A stretch of 64,000 bases of DNA from Eledone cirrhosa (taxonomy: Eukaryota), in NCBI GenBank assembly GCA_964016885.1, contig OZ024745.1, positions 73,532,001 through 73,596,000 on the forward strand, read 5' to 3'. The position numbers were made by a program, and so were the translations under genes. Shown in pieces: positions 1 through 12,995 of this stretch (position 1 is its first letter; each line of letters begins with the position of its first letter). Under the pieces are notes generated by a model. That model saw only the letters and a list, made by a program, of their open reading frames with translations. It was not told the DNA's origin and made no database searches.

Positions 1-632
1 TTTTATTGAATAAAACCACTGGATGTGATGCACTAGCACGGCGATTGTCCAATGATTGAAGTCACTAACAGATTTTAAACAGAGAATAAGCATAGTAAAT
101 GAATTCAAAATACATGTCCAATATATGTATATGTACGCCAGTAGCATTCTGAAAATATTGTACTGGAAGAATGTACAGGAAATGATAGATAGTACTAATA
201 AAATAAATCTGATGCAATGTTTATTTCCTTATAAATAGTGTAGAATTACCAACTTAAGAGCTGTCATATTGAAGAGTACACTGCTGATGTTTATGTTTCT
301 GGCGTTTTATGCCCCACAGAGGTTGCAAGTAAGCAATCAATAACATTGAGACCATCTTATAAATTCCTTTAAAACACACAAATATTCCCACATGCAAGAA
401 CAAACCCACTCTCACGCACACATTGAACCCATAACCACACACATGCACAAAGACACTCATATACACATACACATACACAAACACGTATCTATAAACGCAT
501 GTATATACACACACGCACGAATAAGTATTATTTGTATATATATACACATATATCTCTATATATACATGTATATATATGTATATATATATGTATATATATA
601 TGTATGTATATATGTATATACATATTTGTATA

Positions 633-673
<41 letters not shown>

Positions 674-675
<2 letters not shown>

Positions 676-862
676 CGAAGGAAATGTGGTAAGGAACCAG
701 GTGGACCATAACGTACCAAAGTACTCAATACTTAGAGTAGTAGAGTGGGTAATAGGAACGAGTAGGACCCCGACGGCTGAGCTCAAGCCGTTTCGACGGC
801 TAATTCTGTCCAGAATTAGCCGTCGAAACGGCTTGAGCTCAGCCGTCGGGGTCCTACTCGTT

Positions 863-867
<5 letters not shown>
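674..867 (-). mobile_element. Short PLE-type terminal-repeat fragment in (TA)n containing a perfect palindrome (752-867; 57-bp arms, 2-nt loop)
   Basis: 752-808 is the exact reverse complement of 811-867. Each arm reads GAAA-cggct(tgagctc)agccg-TC, a hammerhead 3' half. A 78-bp unique tail (674-751) lies on one side only, with (TA)n on both flanks. Confidence 0.65.
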
Positions 868-939
<72 letters not shown>

Positions 940-1388
940 TCTTTCACGAAGGAAAATAGGTGAGCTCAGTACGTTGCTGATGATAAATATATTCATTTTA
1001 ATAGAGTTTGTATTATGATACTATTTTCCATGACATTAAATTCCGTGTGCATCAGAGAATTCTTCAGATGAACATGATTTTATTGAAAGTGTTCTTTTGA
1101 ATACTCGTTATATTTGAGTAGTCTTATCCGTAGAAGCATATTATCAATTCCTCCATTGTAGAAAGGAATATGTCATGTAAAAGTATAAACTAGAGGATCC
1201 CATGGGAATTCCATGTTTTATGAATTTCCATGCATAAATGTATATATTTCGATAACAGTGTTTCATTATTTGAAAGATCTGGATTTAGTTCTATAGTTAT
1301 GATTCTTTAAAGCGTAACACGTTAAACACCAGGATGCCATTACACACAGAAAACTATTACAGATTATATTATTAGATACATTCGTGGA

Positions 1389-1580
1389 AGGGCGGTGGAA
1401 TGGCAGTATCGGTAGAGGGTCGGACGCCATGCTTTACAGCATAGTTACGTCCCTTTACGATCTGAGTTCAAATCCCGCCGAAGTTGACTTTGCCTTTCAT
1501 CCTTACGGGGTCGATAAAATAAAGTACCAGTAATGCACTGGGTAATTGCTGGCCTTGTGTCTAAAGTAGAAACAATTATT
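1389..1580 (+). mobile_element. tRNA-derived SINE with Nin/Deu-like central domain
   Basis: A-box-like TGGCAGTATCGG, B-box GAGTTCAAATCCC, core GCCTTTCATCCTTACGGGGTCGATAAAATAAAGTACCAG and an ATT tail. A near-identical copy lies at 58386-58577. Confidence 0.85.
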
Positions 1581-1685
1581 AGATAAATTCGTGTGCTTAC
1601 AAACTAGGTGAAAAAGGACTCAGTACAAAAACAAGTACTCGTTTCACATTCTTCTCCTCACCAGGCATATACACACACACACTAA

Positions 1686-1836
1686 TGTATGTATGTATGT
1701 ATGTATGTATGTATGTATGTATGTATGTATGTATGTATGTATGTATGTATGTATGTATGTATGTATGTATGTATGTATGTATGTATGTATGTATGTATGT
1801 ATGTATGTATGTATGTATGTATGTATGTATGTATGT
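1686..1836. repeat. (TATG)n microsatellite, representative of the many TA/CA/TATG/GA/TTA tracts in the window
   Basis: Directly visible perfect tetranucleotide array. Confidence 0.98.
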
Positions 1837-1879
1837 ACTTATATATGTATATATATGTACACATATATATATTTGTGTG

Positions 1880-1924
<45 letters not shown>

Positions 1925-2859
1925 TTATATATATGTATATACATATATACATATATACATACATATATAGTCTAACAAAGTTCTTTCGTTGCACATCTGC
2001 AACATTATCAGTGATACTATTATGTTCCTCCTGTTGTATTGTATGTCTACGCCATTTTTATTATATCCATATATTATATCCATATATACATATATATATG
2101 TATATACATATATACATATATACATATATATATGTATATACATATGTGTGTATGAGCGCGCGCGCGTGTGTGTTTATGTGTGTGAGTGTATAAGACATAA
2201 TATATTCGAAAAAATAATATGAATGATTTTTCTAATCGTTGTTCTTCAATGTAACTCTTTAGTGATTAAGAATTTGATCAGAATTACATAATTTCTTGCT
2301 TAAGATCAATTTTCAAAACGGCCATACTCTTCTCGGACTTCCTGTTCATAAAGCTCCGGCACATATCTATGACAGGGTTGGTTTGGGGACCAGGTTTTTT
2401 ACAAAAAATGCGCAAATAAATCTAATCAATTGGGGATAAAGAAAATAAAAATGTGTACGCCATTGTTTGGTGGTTTTGATAAAGATGTGAGGTTTGGGTG
2501 AGGATAAGGTGGTGACATGATCAAATCAAATTGACATCGACTGAGGACAAAATTATAAACAAAATGGTTTGGGCTTGATGCTAAAATCTCACCTATAATC
2601 ACCGAATTGAAGTTATTTACTCATCAGCGTGAACCCTGCAAGGTATGCAGCCTGTAAGTTAAGATGTCTTCCTCCATTATACAGCCTGTACTTTCTTCGC
2701 CTTCCAGGTTCTAGCATATTTTCTGGAGCCTTGCCAAGGTGGTTTTTACCTATTTTCCAGAATCATCCCATTATTACTCTTCAACGTTTATTATTAAAAA
2801 ACACATTTTTTATAGAGACTAATTTAAGTCTAAAGTCTGTTCCAGGCCAGAAGACTCGC

Positions 2860-3100
2860 AGACCAGTGTCTATCCCTGTTTCATGAAGTGAAGCGACTGG
2901 GAATACAAGACTACCCCCTCGACACGATGTCAGTCCATCTCAGGGTTAAACCCCCAGCTATTGCTGATACTCATGATACTGGAGCAACGTGAAATGAAAT
3001 GCTTTGTTCAAGAACGCAACACACAACGCAGCCCAGGAATCGAACCCATGACATTATGATCGTATGTCCAACACCCTTACCACTAGGCCACGCGCCTCCA
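2860..3100 (-). mobile_element. tRNA-derived SINE (second family)
   Basis: The minus strand starts TGGAGGCGCGTGGCCTAGTGGTAAGG (A box) ... GGTTCGATTCC (B box). Related copies lie at 10565-10798 and 29138-29257. Confidence 0.8.
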
Positions 3101-5741
3101 CTAATAGCATTTAATATTGAATTAATTTCCTACGACATCATCTGAATATAATTTTGAAAATTTTGAAAATTTAATAATATTTTCCCATTAGAGATCATTG
3201 TTTAGTTTTCTTTAAATTTTAGTAATATATTTAATTTTCTAATATAAAAGGAAACATCCGAATATGCACCATATGATTATATGATGGTAATTTTAATAGG
3301 ACTCATATTAATATTGTACTCTACTTCAAAGCCAGTCATTTTGTTACCATAATACTAACTTCTTGTTGCTTTCATATAACTTTTAAGTCTAACTCACTAA
3401 TCCAAATAAATCAAATAGTTTCTTGCAGAAGACTTCTAAACGCATTAGGAATCCAACTACTTTATTTATTACTACTATGATTAAGTAAATTTTAATTTTA
3501 TTATTATTTTAAGTTATATGATATTGTAGTTGTTACTCCTATACTCAACCTTAATGCTTAGTGCTTCATTAAGTTCTCTTTTTACTGTTACCCTCGTAGA
3601 TCAAATTGAATATTTCATGTAATATTGATTTTTCTTATCATGTTTCTCATATTAGAATTTAAATCAGTAAAACTTAATTATTTGTAGAATTTAGATTTAT
3701 TCACTTAATATCATAAACATAAACGAAAGTAGTTAAGCAAAATCTCATAAAACTTATTCAGTTGTAGAAGTTTACTTAAAACTATAAACATAAGCGCAAA
3801 CATTTAACGTATAAAGCCATTTCTTAAAATTAAAATTGACATGAATAACGTATTTTGTTTTCTTCTCTTGTGCTTCACAATACTTATTTATTTGTAGCAT
3901 TTATCTGTGTGAATTTAATGCCATACTCATTAGTAACAGTTATTGTACATATGGAATTTCACCTTAAAATCAAATTAAAACGTATAATTTAATTGTTTTT
4001 ATTCTCCTGTACGTAAAGATACAGAGATATATAGGATTACATTTATAATTATCTTAATTCGGATTTATACAAATCTAGATTTTTCTTTTTACCCATAGCT
4101 TTTATGTCCCTTCTTATACGTCATAATCTACATTTATTCAATTAATAATAAATGAGAAATACAAATATTTAACCCCCTTCCGCCTCTTTGATTGATATAC
4201 CATGCCCGATTAAACCAAATCAAAATGTCACTTCTTTAAAGGCGATGATACAGGAGCTCTGACGTCATGCAGTAATACAGAATATCCGCCTTTCCATGTG
4301 CACGGGTTGAAGTATACATCTAGTATGCACCGTTTTCCCTTACCTTCCGCCCCGTCCATATACCTCCCACACCCTAAACTCTGCTCTCGTCCTAAAACCC
4401 CTCCCTTCACTCACGTCCCTACACCACATCCTTCACCAGATAAGTGCCCCACCCTAGTTCTATCTCTCCAAATAGCCCCCACTCCAAAACGCGCCCAACC
4501 CAAACTGTAAAGTGATTGTGCTGGTGTACGACAAAAAGCAACCAGTCTCCACTGTTAAGTGGTCGCGTAGGTTCCACGATAAAACGTGCCCAGTCCACCC
4601 TGTAAATTATTAGGTGTGGCTAGCGAGACAGTAACATACAGCATAGATGTATTATTACTAATAATAATCAACCGTATTTATGGAGTTTATAATAAAAAAC
4701 AAACTGTTCGTTATGTTGCAATTTAAGATAAACATTTTACAAATTACATGTGTCACATGGATGGGCGATTAACTTCGTTTTTATTGTTTTAGTTAAAATA
4801 TATCTCTCTCTCTTATGACAAATATATCTCTCTTATAACAAAATATCTCTCTCTTATAATAAAAAAACAGTAACAAGACATGTAGAATTAAGTGACCTTA
4901 TCTAAAACTACGAAAAAACCTGAAGCAAATATAGATAAAAATATTGAAGCTCGTAATCTAATTCATTAACTAGGGAACCGCTTTACTGCAAAAATTGGCG
5001 AAATATTCTGTGATTTTATTCTATATAAAATATGTATACAATTGTTGTAATATAATGCATTAGAATTGCTGTTCTTTTATACCAGTATTAAGGTTACCTA
5101 TTACATTAATATAATAACTGCAGCAATTATTGATTTCTTTAGAGTAGGCCCAAGGTCATTTGTGTATATGGGAGAGGGGATATAAACCAAGTGAATTGAA
5201 ATCAATATATTACTGATGCCAAAAGGATGGAAGTGAAAGACAATCTCAGAAAGATTTAAAATCAGAATTTAGATGGTTACAACTAAATACCGTAAGCCGT
5301 TCGATCGTTTCTATCAATTGCTGTTCTTGTTATTCATTTTCAATATCAATGTATTTATGCATCAGTCTATTAGAGTATGAATGCTTAGAAACCTTGCATT
5401 TGTTTTCATGTATATTGATAGTCAACAAGGAGTCAGACAAGGACATTATATTTCTATACTTTTCTCTATCCGTTTGTTAATGTTTTCTAAGTAAAATAGC
5501 ACAGCACGTATTAGAACCTTAGTATATATGTATGTATCAACCTTCTTACCACACACATACAAATGTACGAATTCATATATCTATATAAGATATATGAATT
5601 CGTACACACTTGTTGAATAATAGTCATTAGAGAGATTATTGCAGTAATTCTCATGTGGCTACGGTGACAAAGGAATGTAGAAAATGCTCTAGGAACGTCT
5701 TGTTTTCATTTCGTCCACCACTGTTTACACACACATACACA

Positions 5742-5833
<92 letters not shown>

Positions 5834-5859
5834 TACACACACACACACACATATATATA

Positions 5860-6377
5860 TGTCAGATCGCACTTTAGCGCTGCTGGTAAAATGTAAGCTA
5901 GTACAACCTGTGCTAAACCAGCAACCTCACCAAGCTTGCTTGGTGAGGAGGGTGATTTTGGTCACCCAGCGGGATGAAAAAAAAACCCCATCAACGGAAT
6001 TCAGGAGAGTTAATGGGCGTCCAATAAAGTTTTTTTTTTTTTTGTGAAGAGAGAGACTATTAGCCTTCATTAAGATATCTCTCTAGGAGAAGACCACCCT
6101 GACATAAAACCTGCGACTTCATTTGCATTCAATGATGTAGACCAGTTCTACTTTTTGGGTAAATGCATTCGATGTTCAGAGAGTGGGATTGGACCCGTGA
6201 AAAACCTTTCCGTACTTAAATAAGGGATCAAGCACAGGGATCGCTTAATATGTGACATTTATTGCGATATATGGCATTGCTGGCCATGGGCACGTCTCTA
6301 GCAGGACTATAAAGCCACGCCTGTGATGCTCATGCTTAAGTATCAAGCGATGGTATTACTCGAAATCGAGTTGCAGC

Positions 6378-6412
<35 letters not shown>
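5860..6412 (+). mobile_element. Non-autonomous bipartite RTE-derived retroposon with (CAT)n tail
   Basis: The 5' part resembles the 13718-14326 element (CACCAAG..TTGGTGAGGAGGGTGA, CTAGGAGAAG). The 3' end CTCGAAATCGAGTTGCAGCCATCAT matches the 3' end of the RTE LINE near 15125. Confidence 0.7.
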
Positions 6413-6413
<1 letters not shown>

Positions 6414-6954
6414 ATATGTATGTATACATACATATATATATATATATATACATATATAATTCGACTAAAAGAAAATTGGTCAATCGAAGTCGATGTGAGG
6501 AGACACTTGTACGAAGTTCACATAGTGAGACATATATCAGAACTGCGTGGTCATGACGCAAATTTCTTCACCACCCAGCTATGTGAGTCCCCATTCTATA
6601 CCATATTTTAGATAGTGAACTACTTCTACTGTTACTTCAGAGATAGACATTATCACGTATATCCAATACTTATTATTCGTGGTATTTCAGTGACTCGAAC
6701 GTAGATCTCTAGATTGACAGTTTCCTTTTGATCACAGACATGCTGGAGTGAAGAGAAAGGAAAGAAGAGGAACTGATCATCAAATCGGACCAAAAGATAT
6801 GTTTTTCTTGGTCTTTACATTGTTTATATTATTTGCCGATTGTAATTTCTGAAAAAAGGAAGAGTGTGGTTTGAACTCGGAATGAATAGGGTCCGATGTG
6901 ATGATACAAAATACTCTGTTTGAGTCCTTAAAAATTCTTCAAGTTCCCCGCATT

Positions 6955-7082
6955 TGGACTGAAAGAATGAGAGGTTAAAGTTGACATCGGCGATATTTTA
7001 ACTCAAAATGCAGAGCAGAGATCCGCTCAAAATACCGAGGCATTTAATCGGATGCTCTTGCAGCCCCGTCAATTTGCCGCCA
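6955..7082 (-). mobile_element. Degenerate Nin-type SINE fragment
   Basis: Reverse-complement similarity to 1389-1520 (AAAGTTGACATCGGCGATATTTTAACTCA...AATTTGCCGCC). Confidence 0.5.
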
Positions 7083-7807
7083 AAGTCTGACTAATAAATA
7101 ACTTAGACGGATATAATACATTCATCCATCCATCCATACATACATGCATACATAGATATATGCATACATATATACATACATATATGCATTAATACATACA
7201 TATATGCATACATACATGCATTCCTACATACATACATGCATGCATACATACATACATACATACATACATACATACATACATACATACAAACAAATGTTTA
7301 TAGATATAAATCAACAAACTTGTAGAGCGCTGTATCCATCTTTGATGACATTCTCTATTAGTTTATTTCTAGCATCCTTTCAATGTATGTTATTTCTACG
7401 TATTATTTTCTTGATGTCAAAATCAAAGCCTCATATCGTTTGTACTATTTATATTGGCGACTATAGCTTGTTACAGTTACATTAATCTACCGATCAATAG
7501 AGAATATAAATAAAGCCATTGTTAAATGTTATCTTCCAGTTTTGTTTAATATGGACTGAACGTATAATTCTCTACAGACATTGTCATGTGAAGGTTTCAT
7601 GTACTTGGAGAGCAACTATATTATAATAGAATTGTACAAATGAAGTGAAAGAAACTTAATTCACCCTTCATATGTGAAATGTAATATAGGAGAGATGACT
7701 TTATCATTCGTGTGTGAATTTTAATATATAATATAATTGTTTTCAAATGCATCTGTTGGTTCATTACGTCAACAATCAATAATTCTCCATGCCACGTTTA
7801 ATAATAA

Positions 7808-8506
7808 ACTAGCAGAGGTACTCGGCGTTGCTCGGATATTAAATAGCAATTGTGTATACCATTTATGTCAATACTTCAGTGCTGCTTCGAAAACTATACT
7901 TTTATAAAATCATCGGCTTTTCACAAAAGGGGGTTCCTGCCCCCATGGGTCCTCTACCCAATATGTGCCAATTCTGAGAGTTCACATTCATATGAAGGAC
8001 AAACGTAGCCCATGTGTCAAGTTTTGTGAAAATCGGTTGCGAACTCATTCTTAAACTCCGGGGCTGGAAATCATTCTGTTATTTTAAATAGAATATTAGT
8101 CTAACGACTCCATTTATACCATAAACTTGGTCTTGTCTTTGCATGAAATTGTTCTTCACGATCCACATAACGACGTATTATCCTCGCTTTTTTCCCGTTC
8201 ATTGCCAGGGAACGTCTTCACGAACCAAAATATCGTCTTCCTGTTTTCGTTCGGTTGCAACATTTCTCGAAATAATTACTTCTGCGTTCACAGATTACTC
8301 TAAGTTCAATTTGAATGGAAAATTCCTGTTTCATCGATTTTCTCCGTAACCATGGAAGATTGTAGCTTGAAAGTCGACCCAACGCCTCCTCGGGTCATTC
8401 TGCATAGCTGTGTAAATTTTCACTGCATTCCACCAAGCCGTTTCGACGTTTATCCGACTACACCTACATACACAACGTCCGACCACTTCCAATTTATATA
8501 GTAGAT
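7808..8506 (+). mobile_element. Helitron/Helentron-like non-autonomous element (HINE/DINE-1-like)
   Basis: 5' ACTAGCAGAGGTACTCGGCGTTGCTCGG, subterminal GTGTAAATTTTCA...GCCGTTTCG, and 3' TTTATATAGTAGAT, typical termini of these elements. Confidence 0.6.
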
Positions 8507-8614
8507 TTGTTTATATATGAATGACAAAAAGAAAAGTACAAAACTATACATGACTTGTTTCTACTAAACCTTCAATTTAAGGCACAACCTACATATTTGA
8601 TAGGACTTCAGCTC

Positions 8615-8645
<31 letters not shown>

Positions 8646-9159
8646 CTTCTTCTTCTTCTTGTTCTTCTTCTTGTTCTTGTTCTTGTTCTTGTTCTTCTTC
8701 TTCTTCTTTTGCTTCCCCTGGAACATTGGGCTGCGAGCCCCCCCCCCCCCCACAACGCCATGTTCTGAGTCTGCTTTTCAACTCCACCGTGATGCACGGT
8801 GCGTCATGGTGTATCTAACCTCTTTTTTAGGTCTTACTACGGCTGATTTCTTCCAGAGAGAAAGAAAGAGATGGAATGATGCAGAGAAGATTCATCCCCG
8901 AAGGAATAATAAAAAATGTTTACACTGCACATTTCATTTTTTCAAATCTAAAGCTGCCGATCCAAAATCAGTAATTCAACTCCCTAAAAACTTTCAAATA
9001 TATGCTGTTCTAGCATGAATATTATGCTAAGGATAAGCTGTCCACAAAGTAAGATTTACTTGCATATCCCCGCTCATATAAACACATAAATACATGCATA
9101 CATACATTACATTTGATTTTTTTTTTTATTAAAGCGTTTTCATATTATATATATATATA

Positions 9160-9212
9160 TAGTGACGAAACATAAGTCAATTGCATGAACTCATAATCCT
9201 TTATTTACTGCT
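9160..9212 (-). mobile_element. 53-bp PLE terminal-repeat tip identical to 34261-34313
   Basis: Exact reverse complement of AGCAGTAAATAAAGGATTATGAGTTCATGCAATTGACTTATGTTTCGTCACTA; abuts (TA)n. Confidence 0.85.
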
Positions 9213-9245
9213 TTATTTGTATGAAATTGTAAATAAGATAAAAGT

Positions 9246-9460
9246 ACTAGAACAGGGGGGAATAACTCACCGAACGCGATAGTTTTGGGCCCCAGGGACC
9301 ACATTTTTCAAGTTAGAGATTTAAAACCTCGTCTATTTGCTTCCTTGGCACTTTTTACATAGGTGTGTAAATTTTCATGTCAGTCCGACCACGTTTACTA
9401 CCATTTAACCGTGCACATCTGAATTTCAACCACCACCCATTTCACAAATATATATTAGAT
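9246..9460 (+). mobile_element. Short Helitron-like (HINE-type) element
   Basis: Starts ACTAG, contains GTGTAAATTTTCATG and ends ATATATATTAGAT, like 7808-8506. Confidence 0.45.
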
Positions 9461-9484
9461 ATTATAGTACACATACACACACGC

Positions 9485-9578
<94 letters not shown>

Positions 9579-9714
9579 ACATAGCTTTCTGATGATTTCT
9601 CCCGAATGAAACATTTCTAGTCCTGTAGAAGCCATTTCTATATTAAATATTTACACTCTGCTATGTATTGAGTACCTTACTTACTGTGATTAACCCCGAT
9701 TGAACCCGGGATAA

Positions 9715-9748
<34 letters not shown>

Positions 9749-9749
<1 letters not shown>

Positions 9750-10016
9750 AGTATAAAGGAAGTACTCAAGCGCAAAAATGCTATAAAGAAAGCTTATTAA
9801 ATAGAGTGAAGACCCCTAAAAGACGGAAAAAAAGTTGTCATCGGCCGCTATGTGGAATTGAGCTCTATATTATCCAGATATCCGGTGTCTGGGAGATATG
9901 GGGCTCGTTTCTTCATAGCAGCTGATGGCAACTACTGTTTCCGTCTTTTAAGGTTCTCCACTCTATTTTATAAGCTTTCTTTATAGCATTTCTGCGCTCG
10001 AGCACATTCTTTATAC

Positions 10017-10018
<2 letters not shown>
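9749..10018. mobile_element. Fold-back/MITE-like element with imperfect arms of about 130 bp
   Basis: AAGTATAAAGG...CCAGATA pairs with TGTCTGG...CTTTATACTT, mostly with transition mismatches; flanked by TA/CA repeats. Confidence 0.75.
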
Positions 10019-10083
<65 letters not shown>

Positions 10084-10564
10084 GCACACACACACCCCAC
10101 ACACACATGTATATATATGTTCTTAACGCTTAAAAGTCGAACATTCGGCTTCGTACATTGTTTAAATAATATAGTATTTTCCTTTATATATATATATGAG
10201 ATTGTTATATCCTTAATTACGTACAGTATAGAATGGATGTAGACACATATAGTTGTCCGCATATATTTACACATTTAGATACGTGTTAGTATATATATTT
10301 CAAATATTTTTTCTATCTTGTAATGATAGTCAATTCCGAGTGAATACTATCACTCTGAACATTCAATCACAGAAACGCTTTATTGGACAGTTTATTCATC
10401 GAAGAAAACAATCTAAACAGTCCAACATTATTTTGTACTTGTTACTAGTCTATTCATAAGGAAAATAAACCCTGAAATTCATTAAAATCCAGAAAGAGTA
10501 GCTCAGGTTTCTGTACAAGCTCAGTACAATATCTAAGTCTAGTCCAAAGTTTGTTTCAAGCCAG

Positions 10565-10798
10565 GAGCCTCGTCAGGTTAGTGCTTATCCTGGTTTCGTG
10601 GTGTTAATCGACTGAGAACACAATACTTTCTCCTGGACAGGACGCCTGTCATTCACAGGGCTAACCTCCCAGCTGTTGTTGGTATTCATTTTCAGACTGG
10701 AGTAATGTGAAATGAAGTGTTTTGCTCAAGAACTCAGCACACAACCCAGCACAAGGATCGAACCCACGACATTACGATCGTAAGTCCAACACCTTTAC
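10565..10798 (-). mobile_element. tRNA-derived SINE (same family as 2860-3100)
   Basis: Shares CTGGAG..ATGTGAAATGAAGTGTTTTGCTCAAGAA...GGATCGAACCCACGACATTACGATCG. Confidence 0.75.
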
Positions 10799-11908
10799 AA
10801 TATGCAGAAATATAAACTAGCGTACATTTACACCTATCTTTCTATGTTAACACTGAACCAATACTAAGAAGGATAGCCAAAGAAAGCTAGATTATAGTTA
10901 GGTCTTAACAATACATATTTTCTATAGAATATCTCGTCTGTATGCCTGGCAAGTGTTTCGTTTCTGATGTAACTAAGTGCTTAGTCTATTCATATCTGAG
11001 AATAGACGTGTCATGACTCAGCTGAACACATGTCTCTGACGATATTATGTACTTTGACTATCAACATATAGACAAACTATGAGCTATGTTCATTCGTATA
11101 AGTTTTTCCCCTTACCACGTATGAATCAGTTAAAGTGTACAAGCAGCTTGTCAATGAGAACATGAGATACAGTTTACAAAACGAATCGTAGGGTAAAACA
11201 AAACGTCCCGTATATTATTCAATATGCTATACGTACATTTATAAGTATATCGCTATATAAGAGCACCAATACATAAGCAGAATTCTATAAAAACCTAGCT
11301 TACTTTAGCTCCAGCAAAAGCAGGGAGATATGTAATCTCGATAACCACAAACAAGTAAGAAACGATTGCTTCCCTCTGTTTTTTGCTGAAGCTGGGTATG
11401 TGGCGTTGGTCACAATCTTAAAATTCATAGCAAAAGGCATTCACATGTTTTTCTTAAACAATTAGTATATTATTCAATATACAATACTTACATAATATAA
11501 TATTCATATACATATGGATACAGTCTTTTTCTGCCAGCTATATTATTGAATTCAAATATGGTCCAGAAATAAGAGAAGGTTGGACCAGAAGACACCCATA
11601 ACAGCGTTGAATAAGAACATGCAACTGAAGTCTGGTTACTGATGAACAAGCTCAAATTCCTAAATATGGCAAGCATATAAATTATATTCTATTTCAACTG
11701 ATTTTAAACAGACAGTTTTGGTCTGACAAATATCCAGTGCTCATTCCTCGTTATTTAAATATAATTACAAAGTTTTTCAACTTCAGTAAAGTATCTCCGA
11801 TGACTTTTATCCAAACTATGTGAATCATCAGAGTGACCAATTCAAATATTTGATTATTACAATAAAAATATATAATAACACGGAAATTCGTATTTTATCA
11901 AAGTTATA

Positions 11909-12110
11909 CGGGGAGGCTGAAAAGTTCCTGGCTTTGAATAAAAGAAAATACAGAAGGATCTGTTAATTCAACATATCCCCCTCTCAGATTTACATACTTA
12001 TTGTAGCGGTCCTTCAGTTTTTCTAAGCCTTGTAAAAAGAATCCGGAAGGTTGGGCTTCAACCAGACCTCTGCGATACAGTTAAAGCCAGGAGCTTTTCA
12101 GCACCCCTTG
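11909..12110. mobile_element. Tc1/mariner-type MITE
   Basis: TIRs of about 30 bp, CGGGGAGGCTGAAAAGTTCCTGGCTTTGAA / TTAAAGCCAGGAGCTTTTCAGCACCCCTTG, with TA on both sides (11907-08, 12111-12). Confidence 0.8.
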
Positions 12111-12829
12111 TAGAATAATTCTGTAATTACAATATAGGCAAGTATTAATAAAGAATAAACTTCAAGCAAAATTTGATCGTGATGGAAAAAAAAATGTAAG
12201 CGATTTTTGGTCACTTGTCACTCTAGTTGAAAACCTTCCACCACCATACGGCATGTTAACCTATTATAACCACATCAATGATGTATTAGAGTGACAGTTA
12301 CGTAGGTCAATCAGAATTGCCTGAAAAGAAAAAAAATCTCAAAACTTCTTAGTGGTATCATTCAACTCATTATCTACCTGTTGTCAGTATCGGGTAAGGT
12401 TTCGTTAACAAATGACATTCGACAGCCACTCATCTAAGCGTCGGTACAGTCAAAGGCATATATACATCTTTTCATTGCCAGAGGTCAACACATTGCCTGT
12501 GATGAAACTGTGGATTGGCCAACCGTATACATGTGGCTTCTTTGTCTACATATAAGTGAACTTTGAAGTGTCAGAAGAATACTGCACCCCAGGCAATTTC
12601 AGATTTTGTTAGTCAACAACAGCTATTAGCTGAAGAAATGTGATGAAAATGATGTCTTTATATTCCGTTTCTAACATCCGTGGAGATAAGGAAAAATCGT
12701 TGCACAGTGCTTGGGGTGTCTCTTCTTTCTACCCACCGCATTTACCTCTTTACTCTTTCGCCTGTTTGTGTCACATTCGGAGGGCATATTCAGTACTTTA
12801 CTTCATTTATGGTGTCACATATATTGAAC

Positions 12830-12995
12830 TATGTCTTGGGTATGACATTAAACTGCATCCAGTGGCAAGGCTCCCGTTCGGGTGTTCAGGAGCTGTGGGG
12901 AATGTGGAGTTACTCCTTAGTTGTTATCACTCCCAGATCTGCTCTGACCCGGAGCAGTAGTACCTATTAGGGCCCCATTTATGGTTTAAATAATT
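12830..12995 (+). mobile_element. SINE body/tail fragment
   Basis: GC-richer island (GGGTATGACATTAAACTGCATC...CTCTGACCCGGAG..GTAGTACCT) resembling an abundant cephalopod SINE; recognised from memory only. Confidence 0.45.

Noticed and set aside
1389-1480. tRNA gene
   Set aside because: A and B boxes are present but there is no cloverleaf, and the sequence continues into a SINE body repeated elsewhere.
254-2222. ORFs rich in YI/YVCM/HT/CV repeats here and at 21727-22399, 35229-35551, 59542-60044 and 62323-63931
   Set aside because: They are translations of TA, TATG and CA microsatellites with no coding signal.
5564-5606. 19-bp-arm hairpin TGTACGAATTCATATATCT..AGATATATGAATTCGTACA
   Set aside because: It is real but isolated in TA-rich sequence, with no family or function assignable.
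11525-11690. Possible host exon after a TTTTTCTGCCAG acceptor-like site
   Set aside because: All three plus-strand frames hit stops quickly, and there is no recognisable domain or partner exon.
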